A stretch of 55,108 nt of DNA. It comes from Bacteroidota bacterium. Its GTDB lineage: Bacteria > Pseudomonadota > Gammaproteobacteria > Acidiferrobacterales > Sulfurifustaceae. The notes beneath the pieces were generated by a model. That model was not told the origin of the DNA and did not search any database. It was given only the letters and a program-made list of their open reading frames with translations. Positions 34,196-47,455 of this stretch are shown here, piece by piece. Every line of letters begins with the position of its first letter. Position 1 is the first letter of the stretch. Position numbers and translations under genes: made by a program. The DNA is taken from positions 1 to 55,108 of the forward strand of contig JBLMXN010000074.1 of the NCBI GenBank assembly GCA_050257795.1, given 5' to 3'.

Positions 34196-35296
34196 ATGCA
34201 AATAAACATCACACGCGACGAGCTGCTGAAACCGCTGAGCTACGTTGCGGGTGTCGTGGAAAAACGTCAAACCCTGCCCGTACTTTCCTATGTACTGCTG
34301 CGGCAACAGGGCGGTTCCATGACGCTCACGGGAACTGACCTCGAAATTGAGGTCATTGCGACAATTAAAAAAACCGAAGGCAGTGACACGGACTTAACAC
34401 TGCCAGCGCGAAAGCTATTCGATATCTGTCGTGCTTTACCTGGTGGCGCCGAGATCACCATCAGAAAAGATGGTGAGAAAGCTATCATCAAGTCAGGAAA
34501 AAGCAGATTCACCCTAGCGACCATGCCAGTCGCGGATTTCCCATATATACAGGCTGCACAATGGGAGCAAGCACTCACTCTTCCGAGGAAAAGCCTGAAG
34601 CTTTTGCTCGAACAAACACACTTTTGCATGGCCCAGCAGGACGTACGGTATTACCTTAACGGTCTCCTGCTGGAGTTTACCGAAAAGCGAATACGTGCCG
34701 TTGCCACTGATGGGCATCGGATGGCAGTTAGTGAGGTTGCGATAGAAAAAGGGATCAAGAGCGGGAAACAGATCATAATTCCACGTAAAGGCATACAGGA
34801 AATGATGCGGTTGCTGGATGATACTGACGAGGCAATTGAAATTCAGGTTGGTACCAATCACCTTAAGGCGCAAACCGCGGATTACGCATTTACTTCCAAG
34901 CTAATTGATGGCCGCTACCCGGACTACACAAAAGTCATCCCCTCCGCTCAGTCAAAACTGCTGAAGCTACCCCGGGAAACTCTGCGTGAAACACTGTCGC
35001 GAGTTGCTATTTTATCCAGCGAGAAATATCGCGGTGTGAGGCTGAGTTTGGGAAATAAGTTGCTGCGGGTTACTGCACATAATCCGGAGCAGGAAGAAGC
35101 TCAAGAAGAGCTCGCAACGGACTATGCCGGCGACAATATGGAGATCGGATTTAACGTAAATTACATGATTGACGCCATTTCAGCCCTTCACACCGATCAG
35201 GTGATATTCGGGCTAAATGATCCTAATAGCAGCTGTACATTTGTATCACCCGACACTCAATACCCACAGTACGTTATAATGCCAATGCGGCTCTAA
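34196..35296 (+). CDS. dnaN: DNA polymerase III beta clamp
   Basis: GTDLEIE, QDVRYYLNG, VATDGHR and SKLIDGRYPDY; C-terminus VIMPMRL. Confidence 0.99.
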   Translation: MQINITRDELLKPLSYVAGVVEKRQTLPVLSYVLLRQQGGSMTLTGTDLEIEVIATIKKTEGSDTDLTLPARKLFDICRALPGGAEITIRKDGEKAIIKSGKSRFTLATMPVADFPYIQAAQWEQALTLPRKSLKLLLEQTHFCMAQQDVRYYLNGLLLEFTEKRIRAVATDGHRMAVSEVAIEKGIKSGKQIIIPRKGIQEMMRLLDDTDEAIEIQVGTNHLKAQTADYAFTSKLIDGRYPDYTKVIPSAQSKLLKLPRETLRETLSRVAILSSEKYRGVRLSLGNKLLRVTAHNPEQEEAQEELATDYAGDNMEIGFNVNYMIDAISALHTDQVIFGLNDPNSSCTFVSPDTQYPQYVIMPMRL

Positions 35297-35316
35297 AGAT
35301 ATGCCCAGCCGAACCA

Positions 35317-35358
35317 CGTTCCACGTGAAACACACAGCATTTTGCTCCACGTGAAACA
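35317..35358. promoter_or_regulatory. Two parS sites
   Basis: CGTTCCACGTGAAACA (35317-35332) and TGCTCCACGTGAAACA (35343-35358), compared with consensus TGTTNCACGTGAAACA. Confidence 0.88.
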
Positions 35359-35373
35359 TCGACCGCCGACTAA

Positions 35374-37803
<2,430 letters not shown>

Positions 37804-37892
37804 GTTCGCCATCTAATCGCCTCAATTCGTTGCCGATACCTGCTTAGTTCTTTAATTTCATTAACTTTGCTGTCTGATCTGTTGTCAGGCTG

Positions 37893-38276
37893 TTAATGCA
37901 GAGTGCGCGGTATACTGAGGGTAAACACCGGTATTTCTGCGTCGAACTGGGTTCCATCATCGGCCATCATCTGATAACTGCCCCGCATCGTTCCAACAGG
38001 GGTTTCCAATATCGTGCCACTCGTATACTGGAAACTGGTGCCCGGAAGCAGGTAGGGCTGTTCCCCGACGACACCTTCCCCCCTAACTTCGCGCGTCTGC
38101 TCGTTGGCATCGGTGATGATCCAGTGTCGCGTCACCAGGCGCGCCGGGACCGAGCCTGAATTCGTAATGGTGATGGTATACGCAAAGACATAGCGGTTTT
38201 GATCCGGGGCCGACTGGCCGGGGAGATAGACCGTCCTCACGTCGATCTGAATCTGGTGTTTATCGCTGGCGGTCAT
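37893..38276 (-). CDS. apaG: ApaG (CorD) protein
   Basis: YVFAYTITI, RHWIITD, GEGVVGEQP, YTSG and GTMRGSYQM. Confidence 0.95.
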   Translation of the reverse strand: MTASDKHQIQIDVRTVYLPGQSAPDQNRYVFAYTITITNSGSVPARLVTRHWIITDANEQTREVRGEGVVGEQPYLLPGTSFQYTSGTILETPVGTMRGSYQMMADDGTQFDAEIPVFTLSIPRTLH

Positions 38277-38336
38277 TGGCGCTCGCTGGGAATCTGGAGG
38301 CGTAACCATTTTGCATCACTTTGCGGCACATGGGTA

Positions 38337-38744
38337 TCACCCCTTTTTGCGCATCGGGGGATAAAGCCACCAGGTCACAACCACAAAGCAGGCAAAAACC
38401 GTATAGACAGCAGTGAATACCCATTCCGGCGCGGTGTAAAAGATCAAACGCTCCAGCCAATGGCTGACAAAACTTCTTTCGTACACCGTGGCCCCGGACT
38501 TCATGCGCAAAATATTTTCCAGAACCGTGAGCGGGCAGGTAACGCCAAGCCACCCCTCGAGCAGCACGAAACCGATGGAGATCAGATGAATCAGGCGGAA
38601 CAACAGGTCACGTGTCCAGTGCCAGCCGCAGACCCAACCAGCCAGAATCAACGTTTGGCCGCCGATGACGAACAGCACATACGCGGCATGCACGGCGAGC
38701 GTTAAGTCGGCGAGCCAAACCCAGGTGTGCTGCTCAGGCGTCAT
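38337..38744 (-). CDS. Small membrane protein, DUF2784-like
   Basis: LADL..H..YVLFVIGG and CPLTVLE..LR motifs. Confidence 0.75.
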   Translation of the reverse strand: MTPEQHTWVWLADLTLAVHAAYVLFVIGGQTLILAGWVCGWHWTRDLLFRLIHLISIGFVLLEGWLGVTCPLTVLENILRMKSGATVYERSFVSHWLERLIFYTAPEWVFTAVYTVFACFVVVTWWLYPPMRKKG

Positions 38745-39570
38745 GCGGGATCAAGTATTGCGGACAATCGACGCTTGAGAAATTTATTGGCTGACTATCG
38801 AGCCGCGCCGCCGTGAGCGTGTGCCCCCACAAACAACCGCTGTCGAGACAGACCACGCCGTCTCCGCGCCAGCGTCCCAGAGTCGACCAATGCCCGAAAA
38901 TAATTCGCAGGTTGCGGCTGCGCCGTGCGGGTAGCTGGAACCACGGCAGCAAATCCGCAGGTTGTATACCGGGCGATCCTTTGAATCGCAAGTCCATGCA
39001 CCCTTCGAGATCGCAATAGCGCAAACGCGTGAACGCATTGACGATGACGCGCAGGCGATCGTAACCGCTCAGGGTCTCGTTCCAATGGTCGGGCAGATCA
39101 CCGTACATATGTTTGAAGAAATCTCCGTGACTGTCGTTTTGTAACGCCGCTTCGACTTCACGCGCCAGGCGCCGTGCCTCGGCGAGATCCCAGGACGGCA
39201 ACAGGCCTGCGTGAATCAGCGTGTAGTCCAGTTCCGCGTCGTGGTGTAATAGCGGGCGTGTTCGCAACCAGTGCAACAGATCGTCCCGGTCCGGAGCGCT
39301 CAAGATCTCATGCAGGGTGTCATGCTTTTTAAGTTTGGCCGCGCCTGAGGCTACGGCGAGGAGATGCAGGTCGTGGTTGCCCAGCACACAAATTGCGCGC
39401 TCGTCCAGATCCCGGACGAAGCGGAGCACCTCGAGCGATTGCGGTCCGCGATTGACGAGATCGCCGGTGAACCACAGGCGGTCTCGCGCGGGATCGAATT
39501 GAATTTCAACCAGCAGCGCCCGCAGTGCCCGATAACAACCCTGGACATCGCCGATCGCGTAAACGGACAT
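38734..39570 (-). CDS. apaH: Symmetrical bis(5'-nucleosyl)-tetraphosphatase
   Basis: IGDVQGC, GDLVNRGP, LGNHDLHLL, FGHW and LDSGCLWG; start trimmed to 39570. Confidence 0.96.
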   Translation of the reverse strand: MSVYAIGDVQGCYRALRALLVEIQFDPARDRLWFTGDLVNRGPQSLEVLRFVRDLDERAICVLGNHDLHLLAVASGAAKLKKHDTLHEILSAPDRDDLLHWLRTRPLLHHDAELDYTLIHAGLLPSWDLAEARRLAREVEAALQNDSHGDFFKHMYGDLPDHWNETLSGYDRLRVIVNAFTRLRYCDLEGCMDLRFKGSPGIQPADLLPWFQLPARRSRNLRIIFGHWSTLGRWRGDGVVCLDSGCLWGHTLTAARLDSQPINFSSVDCPQYLIPHDA

Positions 39571-40535
39571 CAGGAAAAATCGGTGGTTCTGAAGCGCGCG
39601 GCCATCTCGATGGTGGCCTGGACCAGCGCTCCGCTGGTGCCCGGTTCGGCCGCAGAATGACCGGCATCCGGGATGATTTCCAGGCGTGCGTCCGGCCACG
39701 CGCGCGCCAGTTCCCAGGCATTTTGAATCGGACAGACGACGTCGTAGCGGCCGTGCACGATGATGCCGGGAATGCCGCTCAGACGCGATACATCGCGCAA
39801 GATCTGGTCAGGCTCGAGGAACGTGTCATGCGCGAAGTAGTGTGCTTCGATGCGTGCGAGCGACAGCGCGACGTGCGGCGATCCGAAAAAATCCACGACG
39901 TGCTTGTTCGGCAATAGCGTGGCCGAACGGCCTTCCCACAGCGACCAGGCCTTGGCGCTTGCCATGCGCGCGACCTCATCCTCGCCGGTCAGGCGTCGGT
40001 AGTGCGCGCGCAGCAGGTCGTGGCGTTCGGTCTCCGGGATCGGCGCGATGAATTCCTCCCAGTGGTCGGGAAATAAACGGTTCGCGCCTTCCTGGTAAAA
40101 CCAGTGTATTTCCCAGGCGCGACACAAAAAGATCCCGCGCAAGATGAGCCCGAGCACTCGTTGCGGATGGGTTTCGGCGTACACCAGGGAAAGCGTCGAC
40201 CCCCAGGAGCCACCGAACAGGATCCAGCGATTGATCCCGAGATGTTCGCGGATTTTCTCCATGTCGGCGACCAGGTGCCAGGTCGTGTTGTTTTCAAGAC
40301 TGGCGTGCGGGATCGAACGGCCGGCGCCGCGCTGGTCGAACAGGATGATGCGATAGACGTTGGGATCGAAGAAACGCCGGTGGTATTCCTCGCAGCCGGC
40401 GCCCGGGCCGCCATGCACGAACAGCACCGGCAACCCTTTGGGATTGCCGGACTCCTCGAGATAGAGCTCATGTGGCGACTGCACTTGCAGCCGATGGGTC
40501 GCGTAAGGTTTGATCTCGGGATAAAGCTTGTGCAC
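39570..40535 (-). CDS. pip: Proline iminopeptidase
   Basis: HGGPGAG, FDQRG, FGGSWGS, GRYDVVCP and AGHS. Confidence 0.95.
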   Translation of the reverse strand: MHKLYPEIKPYATHRLQVQSPHELYLEESGNPKGLPVLFVHGGPGAGCEEYHRRFFDPNVYRIILFDQRGAGRSIPHASLENNTTWHLVADMEKIREHLGINRWILFGGSWGSTLSLVYAETHPQRVLGLILRGIFLCRAWEIHWFYQEGANRLFPDHWEEFIAPIPETERHDLLRAHYRRLTGEDEVARMASAKAWSLWEGRSATLLPNKHVVDFFGSPHVALSLARIEAHYFAHDTFLEPDQILRDVSRLSGIPGIIVHGRYDVVCPIQNAWELARAWPDARLEIIPDAGHSAAEPGTSGALVQATIEMAARFRTTDFS

Positions 40536-40546
40536 GGTGTGTCGCC

Positions 40547-41530
40547 TCAGAACGACTCGGCTTGGACTTCCCGATAGGTCGCGTCGACAACACGCGCCAA
40601 ACGATCGAAACCGGCCCAGCCCTTGTAGGCCGCCAATTCGTTCTGCAGTTTACCGGTCGTTTGGGAATCGCTCAGGCCCTGATCGTAGTATTTTTTGACC
40701 GCGGTGTGCAGCATGACCAGAAAACCCCGTTGTGCCAGAGCGATTTCGCGTCCGCCGCTCGCCCCGTGCCCCGGTATGAAATGGCTGGCCTTGGACTTGA
40801 GCGCGGCGTCGATCGCAGCGATCTGGCCTGAAATGTTTCCCTGTTCCGGGAAGCCGACGGCGATGCGTTTGTTCATCACGATATCGCCAAGGAAGATCAC
40901 GCCTTCCTGCGCCACCTCGATCATGATGTCATTACCCGTATGCGACCGCTCCTTGTGGACAATGCGAAAGCTCATGCCGTGGAGCCTGAGAACATCGTCG
41001 TTGTCGACACCCAGGTCCGGCGCAACAGCGACGGTGCCGCGGCTCGCCCCCTGTGTCGCCTGGTCCATCATTTTAACCCAGCTCTCGCCCGCGCCCGCCT
41101 TGATGGCTTCGATCATTTCCGGATGCGCATAGATGATCGCTTTCGGGTACGCGGCTTTGATCGCCTGATTGCCGAGCCAGTGGTCGCCATGCAGGTGCGT
41201 ATCGAAAACCGCGATGACGGGGTCGCCGGTGACACCGGCGATTTTTTTAAGCAGCATCTCGCCGACCTGCACGCTCGCACCCGGGTCGATGACCACCACG
41301 CCGCCGCGCACCAGCACGAATCCCGGGTTGTTGGAAAATCCCTGGTTTTCCCGGTTCGGCGCCTGATTCGGACCCTCGAGGACGTAAACGTGGTTGGTGA
41401 TTTTCGTCAGCGGGTAATCACGCTCGATCGGCGGCGCCTTGGCGGGGCTGCAGGAAAGCAGTGGCGCCAGACAGGCCGCCACAAGAAGCCAGGCGCGTGC
41501 AGTCACGTCAATGCCTGAGCCAGATTTCAT
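40547..41530 (-). CDS. Exported MBL-fold metallohydrolase (SoxH-like), possible lipoprotein
   Basis: THLHGDHWLGN, HT..D, FLGD and IPGHG, with a putative LLSC lipobox. Alternative GTG start at 41506. Confidence 0.8.
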   Translation of the reverse strand: MKSGSGIDVTARAWLLVAACLAPLLSCSPAKAPPIERDYPLTKITNHVYVLEGPNQAPNRENQGFSNNPGFVLVRGGVVVIDPGASVQVGEMLLKKIAGVTGDPVIAVFDTHLHGDHWLGNQAIKAAYPKAIIYAHPEMIEAIKAGAGESWVKMMDQATQGASRGTVAVAPDLGVDNDDVLRLHGMSFRIVHKERSHTGNDIMIEVAQEGVIFLGDIVMNKRIAVGFPEQGNISGQIAAIDAALKSKASHFIPGHGASGGREIALAQRGFLVMLHTAVKKYYDQGLSDSQTTGKLQNELAAYKGWAGFDRLARVVDATYREVQAESF

Positions 41531-42335
41531 AGATGTAAAGCATCACCTCGAGCACGATGAGCGCGACGATGTACCACTCGACGCGCAGCATGCTGCGATT
41601 CTGCATCAGGTTCACCGCGGTTTCGGCGGTCTGGGCGATAAGCGCCAGCTTGCGGTCGAGCGCGGTGTTGCGTTCGCGCAGCTCGTATTCGTTTTCCAGA
41701 TGCAGGTACAGGCGCTCGACTTCCGGATGGTCCCACAGCAGGTCGGGTTTGTCCTGGATCTCCACGCGCCCGGTCATTTTGTGCTGCACCAGCAGCGTGC
41801 CGCCGATATGGCGCAGGAGCTGACGCAGCCGCCGCCCGCCGCCGCGCGGATGCTCCAGTTGCCGTGCCAGCGGTTCGATCAGGTCGAAGGCGCTGGCCAT
41901 GGCATTTTCGTAATAGGCCAGCGCGACGCTGCGCGCCAGCGCCGTGGCCACGATCTGCAGGCGCGCGAGCGAAAGATCGGCGACGCCGATGCCTTCCGGC
42001 GTGACGCCTTCCGGCTGCTTGCCGGCGATAAAGAGTTGCGCGTCCTCGGTTTCCATCCGGCGCAGCGGGTTTTCCACGCGCGGCCGCAGGTCCTTGAGAA
42101 AGTTTTTCTGTTCCGCTTCGGTCAGGTTGAATAGCACCGCGGCGCCGTAGCGGAACAGCACCGCCAACCCGGCCTCGCCCGCCGGCAGCACCAGCGGGCC
42201 CAGACTGACCTGCGGTTCCGTCTGCGGTTCGGACAGCCCGCGAAGATGCAGGCGTTCCCCGAGAAAAACGGCGCGCGCCGCAAACGGCTTATCCTTCGGC
42301 AGCCGTCCGGTCGGATCGGTGGTTTTGGGTGTCAT
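41508..42335 (-). CDS. RMD1/DUF155 family protein
   Basis: LFRYGAAVLFN, LARSVAL..YE, DKPDLLWD, EYELRER and RVEWYIVALI. Confidence 0.85.
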   Translation of the reverse strand: MTPKTTDPTGRLPKDKPFAARAVFLGERLHLRGLSEPQTEPQVSLGPLVLPAGEAGLAVLFRYGAAVLFNLTEAEQKNFLKDLRPRVENPLRRMETEDAQLFIAGKQPEGVTPEGIGVADLSLARLQIVATALARSVALAYYENAMASAFDLIEPLARQLEHPRGGGRRLRQLLRHIGGTLLVQHKMTGRVEIQDKPDLLWDHPEVERLYLHLENEYELRERNTALDRKLALIAQTAETAVNLMQNRSMLRVEWYIVALIVLEVMLYIYEIWLRH

Positions 42336-42370
42336 AAACGCCTTTCTTGGCGGGACGATTCGTGGTTGGC

Positions 42371-43216
42371 CTACAGACCCAGGCGCTCCCAGATGGTGCA
42401 GGTCGGCCCGGCGCGATTGAGCGTGTAGAAATGCAAACCCGGAGCGCCGGAGCTCAGGAGCCGGTCGCACAACTCGGTGGTGACATCGAGTCCGAAAGTG
42501 CGGATGGCGTCGAGATCATCGCCGAATCCCTCGAGGCGCCGGCGTATCCAGCGTGGGATCTCGGCGCCGCAGGCGTCCGAGAACCGCGCGAGTTGCTTGA
42601 AGTTCGTGATCGGCATGATGCCCGGCACGATTGGCACTTCCAGCCCCTGCGCTTCGCATTCCTCGACGAAGCGCCAATAGGCGTCGGTGTTGAAAAAATA
42701 CTGGGTGATGGCGGAGTTGGCCCCGGCCCTGACCTTGTTGATGAAGTGCCGGATATCGGCCTCGGCGCTCGGCGATTCGGGGTGGAATTCCGGATAGGCC
42801 GCGACTTCGATGGTGAACTCGTCGCCAGTTTCGGCGCGAATGAAGCTCACCAGATCGTTCGCGTAATGGAAGTCACCGGTCTTGGGGGCGTCTTTCGGCA
42901 GATCGCCGCGCAGCGCGACCAGGTGATGGATGCCGAGCTGGCGGTAGCCGTCGAGCAGCTCGCGAATATCGGCGCGCGTGGTGCCGATGCAGGAAATATG
43001 CGGCGCTGCCTTCTGGCCCATCGCCTGGATTTCCTTGACGGTTTCGTAAGTGCCTTCGCGCGTGCTGCCGCCGGCGCCGAACGTCACCGAAAAGAATTTC
43101 GGTTTGAGCTGCGCCAGCTGCTGCATGGTCTCGCGCAGCTTGACCCGGCCTTCCTCGTTGCGCGGCGGGAAGAACTCGAAACTGAAGGTGCGCGGAAATT
43201 TTTTCTGCGAGTCCAT
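42371..43216 (-). CDS. metF: 5,10-methylenetetrahydrofolate reductase
   Basis: SFEFFPP, SVTFGAGGS, ALRGD, AAYPEFHP, AITQYFF and LHFYTLN. Confidence 0.97.
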   Translation of the reverse strand: MDSQKKFPRTFSFEFFPPRNEEGRVKLRETMQQLAQLKPKFFSVTFGAGGSTREGTYETVKEIQAMGQKAAPHISCIGTTRADIRELLDGYRQLGIHHLVALRGDLPKDAPKTGDFHYANDLVSFIRAETGDEFTIEVAAYPEFHPESPSAEADIRHFINKVRAGANSAITQYFFNTDAYWRFVEECEAQGLEVPIVPGIMPITNFKQLARFSDACGAEIPRWIRRRLEGFGDDLDAIRTFGLDVTTELCDRLLSSGAPGLHFYTLNRAGPTCTIWERLGL

Positions 43217-43230
43217 GGAATTTATAGATA

Positions 43231-43318
43231 ACGTAGGTTGGGTAGAGGCGGGTCGCGCCGAGACCCAACAACCCTTTTTCGGTGACGATGGGTCTGGCTG
43301 CGCTCAACCCAGCCTACG

Positions 43319-43319
<1 letters not shown>
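43231..43319. repeat. GTAG-type REP doublet (REPIN-like palindrome)
   Basis: ACGTAGGTTGGGTAGAG...GACCCAAA-like inner arm GACCCAACA...ATGGGTC...CTCAACCCAGCCTACGT, i.e. inverted termini with GTAG ends. Confidence 0.8.
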
Positions 43320-44850
<1,531 letters not shown>

Positions 44851-44889
44851 ACGCCTCGCCGCCGTGAAACCGGCGGTGACAGGAAGAAA

Positions 44890-46068
44890 TTACGCGCTGG
44901 CGGCGCTCCTTGCCTTGATACCGGCGGCCTCGCGCAGCGCCTCGGCCTTGTCGGTACGCTCCCAGCTGAAGCCGGCTTCGGTGCGGCCGAAATGGCCGTA
45001 GGCGGCGGTGGCCTGGTACACCGGGCGCAGCAGGTCGAGCATCTGCACGATGCCCTTGGGGCGCAGGTCGAAAATATGCTTCACCAGCTCGGCAATCTTC
45101 GCATCCGGAATCACGCCGGTGCCGAAGGTGTCCACGTGGATAGACACGGGTTTGGCGACACCGATGGCATAGGCGATCTGGATCTCGCAACGCGCGGCGA
45201 GCCCGCCGGCGACGATGTTCTTGGCCACGTAACGGCCGGCGTACGCGGCCGAACGGTCGACCTTGGACGGATCCTTGCCGGAGAAAGCGCCGCCGCCGTG
45301 GCGCGCCATGCCGCCGTAGGTGTCGACAATGATCTTGCGGCCGGTCAGGCCGGCGTCGCCCACCGGGCCGCCGATCTCGAAGCTGCCGGTCGGGTTGATG
45401 TGATATTCCGTGTCTTTGCCCAGCCACTCTTTCGGCAACACCGGCTTGATGATCTCTTCGATCACCGCTTCCTTGAGCTCCGCGTGCTTGATGCCCGGGG
45501 CATGCTGGGTCGACAGCACGACGGCGTCGATGCCGGCCGGCTTGCCGTCCACGTATTTCACGGTCACCTGCGATTTTGCATCCGGACGCAGCCACGAGAG
45601 TTTGCCGTGCTTGCGCACTTCGGCCTGGCGTTTCACCAGGCGGTGCGCCAGGGTGATCGGCATCGGCATCAGCACGTCGGTTTCGTTGGAGGCGTAACCG
45701 AACATCAGGCCCTGGTCGCCGGCGCCCTGCTCGAGGTCCGGCTTGTCCACCCCTGCGGCGATGTCGGGCGACTGCCGACCAATGGCGGTGAGCACGGTGC
45801 AGGTGTCCGGTCCGAACCCCATCGCATCGGTGTAGCCGATGTGGCGGATGACGTCGCGCGCGATGCGATCGAAGTCCACCGTGGCGCGCGTCGTAATCTC
45901 ACCGGCGAGCACCACCAGGTTGTTCTTGACCAGCGTTTCGCAGGCGACCCGCGCGGTTTTGTCCTGCGTCAGGATTGCATCCAGAACGGCATCGGAAATC
46001 TGGTCGCAGACCTTGTCCGGATGACCTTCCGACACCGATTCCGAGGTAAAAAGGTAACTGTCAGCCAT
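44890..46068 (-). CDS. metK: S-adenosylmethionine synthetase
   Basis: [33 protein letters not shown] and GGGAFSGKD. Confidence 0.99.
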   Translation of the reverse strand: MADSYLFTSESVSEGHPDKVCDQISDAVLDAILTQDKTARVACETLVKNNLVVLAGEITTRATVDFDRIARDVIRHIGYTDAMGFGPDTCTVLTAIGRQSPDIAAGVDKPDLEQGAGDQGLMFGYASNETDVLMPMPITLAHRLVKRQAEVRKHGKLSWLRPDAKSQVTVKYVDGKPAGIDAVVLSTQHAPGIKHAELKEAVIEEIIKPVLPKEWLGKDTEYHINPTGSFEIGGPVGDAGLTGRKIIVDTYGGMARHGGGAFSGKDPSKVDRSAAYAGRYVAKNIVAGGLAARCEIQIAYAIGVAKPVSIHVDTFGTGVIPDAKIAELVKHIFDLRPKGIVQMLDLLRPVYQATAAYGHFGRTEAGFSWERTDKAEALREAAGIKARSAASA

Positions 46069-46153
46069 GTACGTCACTCCACCCTGTTATGCCTGCATTG
46101 GGACCGCGCAGTTTAATCAAATCCCCGGTAAATTACACCACAATAGCCGATGG

Positions 46154-46564
46154 TCAGCACTGTTCCCATGGCAGGCCATGAAAGCGCCAGCCGCCGAGGG
46201 TGCTGCGGTGATGGGTATCGTCCAACTGTCCCTCGAAGCCCTCGGCCACGTTATAGACCTCCTTGACGCCCGCCTTGGCCAGAACCTTGCCGGCCTCGAG
46301 CGAGCGCACCCCGCTGCGGCAGATCAACACCACCGGCGCCGCTCCGGTGGCGCCGCCGAGCATGGCTTGGCGCACCAGGGTCACGAAATGGGGGTTGATC
46401 TTCCAGTCCGGTTCGTCGATCCACGGAATGTGAATCGCCCCCGCCGGATGGCCGACAAACAGGTATTCCATGTGCGAGCGCACGTCGATGAACACGGCGT
46501 TCGGGTGTTGTTGCAGGAATTCATAGGCTTCTTTGGGATGCAGGGTTTTGACATTCTCGCTCAT
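46154..46564 (-). CDS. Single-domain rhodanese
   Basis: IDVR, VGHP, active loop ICRSGVRS and GW..GLPW. Confidence 0.9.
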   Translation of the reverse strand: MSENVKTLHPKEAYEFLQQHPNAVFIDVRSHMEYLFVGHPAGAIHIPWIDEPDWKINPHFVTLVRQAMLGGATGAAPVVLICRSGVRSLEAGKVLAKAGVKEVYNVAEGFEGQLDDTHHRSTLGGWRFHGLPWEQC

Positions 46565-46623
46565 GATAGCCCTCACTCCTCCGGGACCGTGCCCGGATCG
46601 TTCCAATTGGGCATAATAGACAG

Positions 46624-47388
46624 ATGCTAGCTGCCACTATTCAGCCCGTTTCCATGGCACGCCCGCGGCCGCCGAAATCGCTGCTGCGCGCCGCCGGTGC
46701 GGCCATCGCCGATTACACCATGATTCAGCCGGGTGACCGCGTGCTGCTTGGTCTGTCCGGCGGCAAAGACAGCCTGTCGCTGCTACATGTCCTGTTGCAT
46801 CTGCACGACAAGGCGCCGGTGCGTTTCGAACTGGCGGCCGCCACGGTCGACCCTTGCATCGACGGTTTCGATCCGTCGTTTCTCCAGGACTATGTCTCGG
46901 CCCTGGGGATCCCGTATTACTACCGGCGTCAAGATATCGTCGGGCGCGCGCTCAAGACCATGCGCGGCGATTCATTCTGCGCCTATTGCTCGCGCATGCG
47001 CCGCGGCATTCTGTATGCCACGGCGCGGGAACAGCGATACAACGTGCTCGCGCTCGCGCACCACCTGGACGACCTGGCGGAAACCTTCCTGATGAGCGCA
47101 TTTTATGGTGGCAGCCTGCGCACTATGAAGGCGCACTACCGCAATGATGCCGGCGACCTGCGCATCATCCGCCCGTTTGTGTACGTACGCGAGCGTCAAA
47201 CCGCCGATTTCGCCACTCGTGCCGGTCTGCCGGCCATTATGGACAACTGCCCCGCCTGTTTCCGCATGCCGAGTCAGCGTAGGCATATGAAAAGCATGCT
47301 TTCGGAGCAAGAAAAAACCCACAAAAGGATTTTCTCAAGTTTATTGACGGCTATGAAACCACTTATGTCTAATGGCAGTATCAAATAA
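46624..47388 (+). CDS. ttcA: tRNA 2-thiocytidine(32) synthetase TtcA-like
   Basis: PP-loop SGGKDS, CAYC, HHLDD, IIRP and CPAC. Confidence 0.88.
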   Translation: MLAATIQPVSMARPRPPKSLLRAAGAAIADYTMIQPGDRVLLGLSGGKDSLSLLHVLLHLHDKAPVRFELAAATVDPCIDGFDPSFLQDYVSALGIPYYYRRQDIVGRALKTMRGDSFCAYCSRMRRGILYATAREQRYNVLALAHHLDDLAETFLMSAFYGGSLRTMKAHYRNDAGDLRIIRPFVYVRERQTADFATRAGLPAIMDNCPACFRMPSQRRHMKSMLSEQEKTHKRIFSSLLTAMKPLMSNGSIK

Positions 47389-47455
47389 GAATAATATTCC
47401 CACTTTATCATTATTATAGCGTTCTAGTTGTTAGTTATGTGCAAAGTGGGATTAA

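Noticed and set aside
47410-47450. GTTAGTTATGTGCAAA as a dif or integron attC site
   Set aside because: No XerC arm and no matching inverse core. A dif site next to the origin is implausible and no integrase is present.
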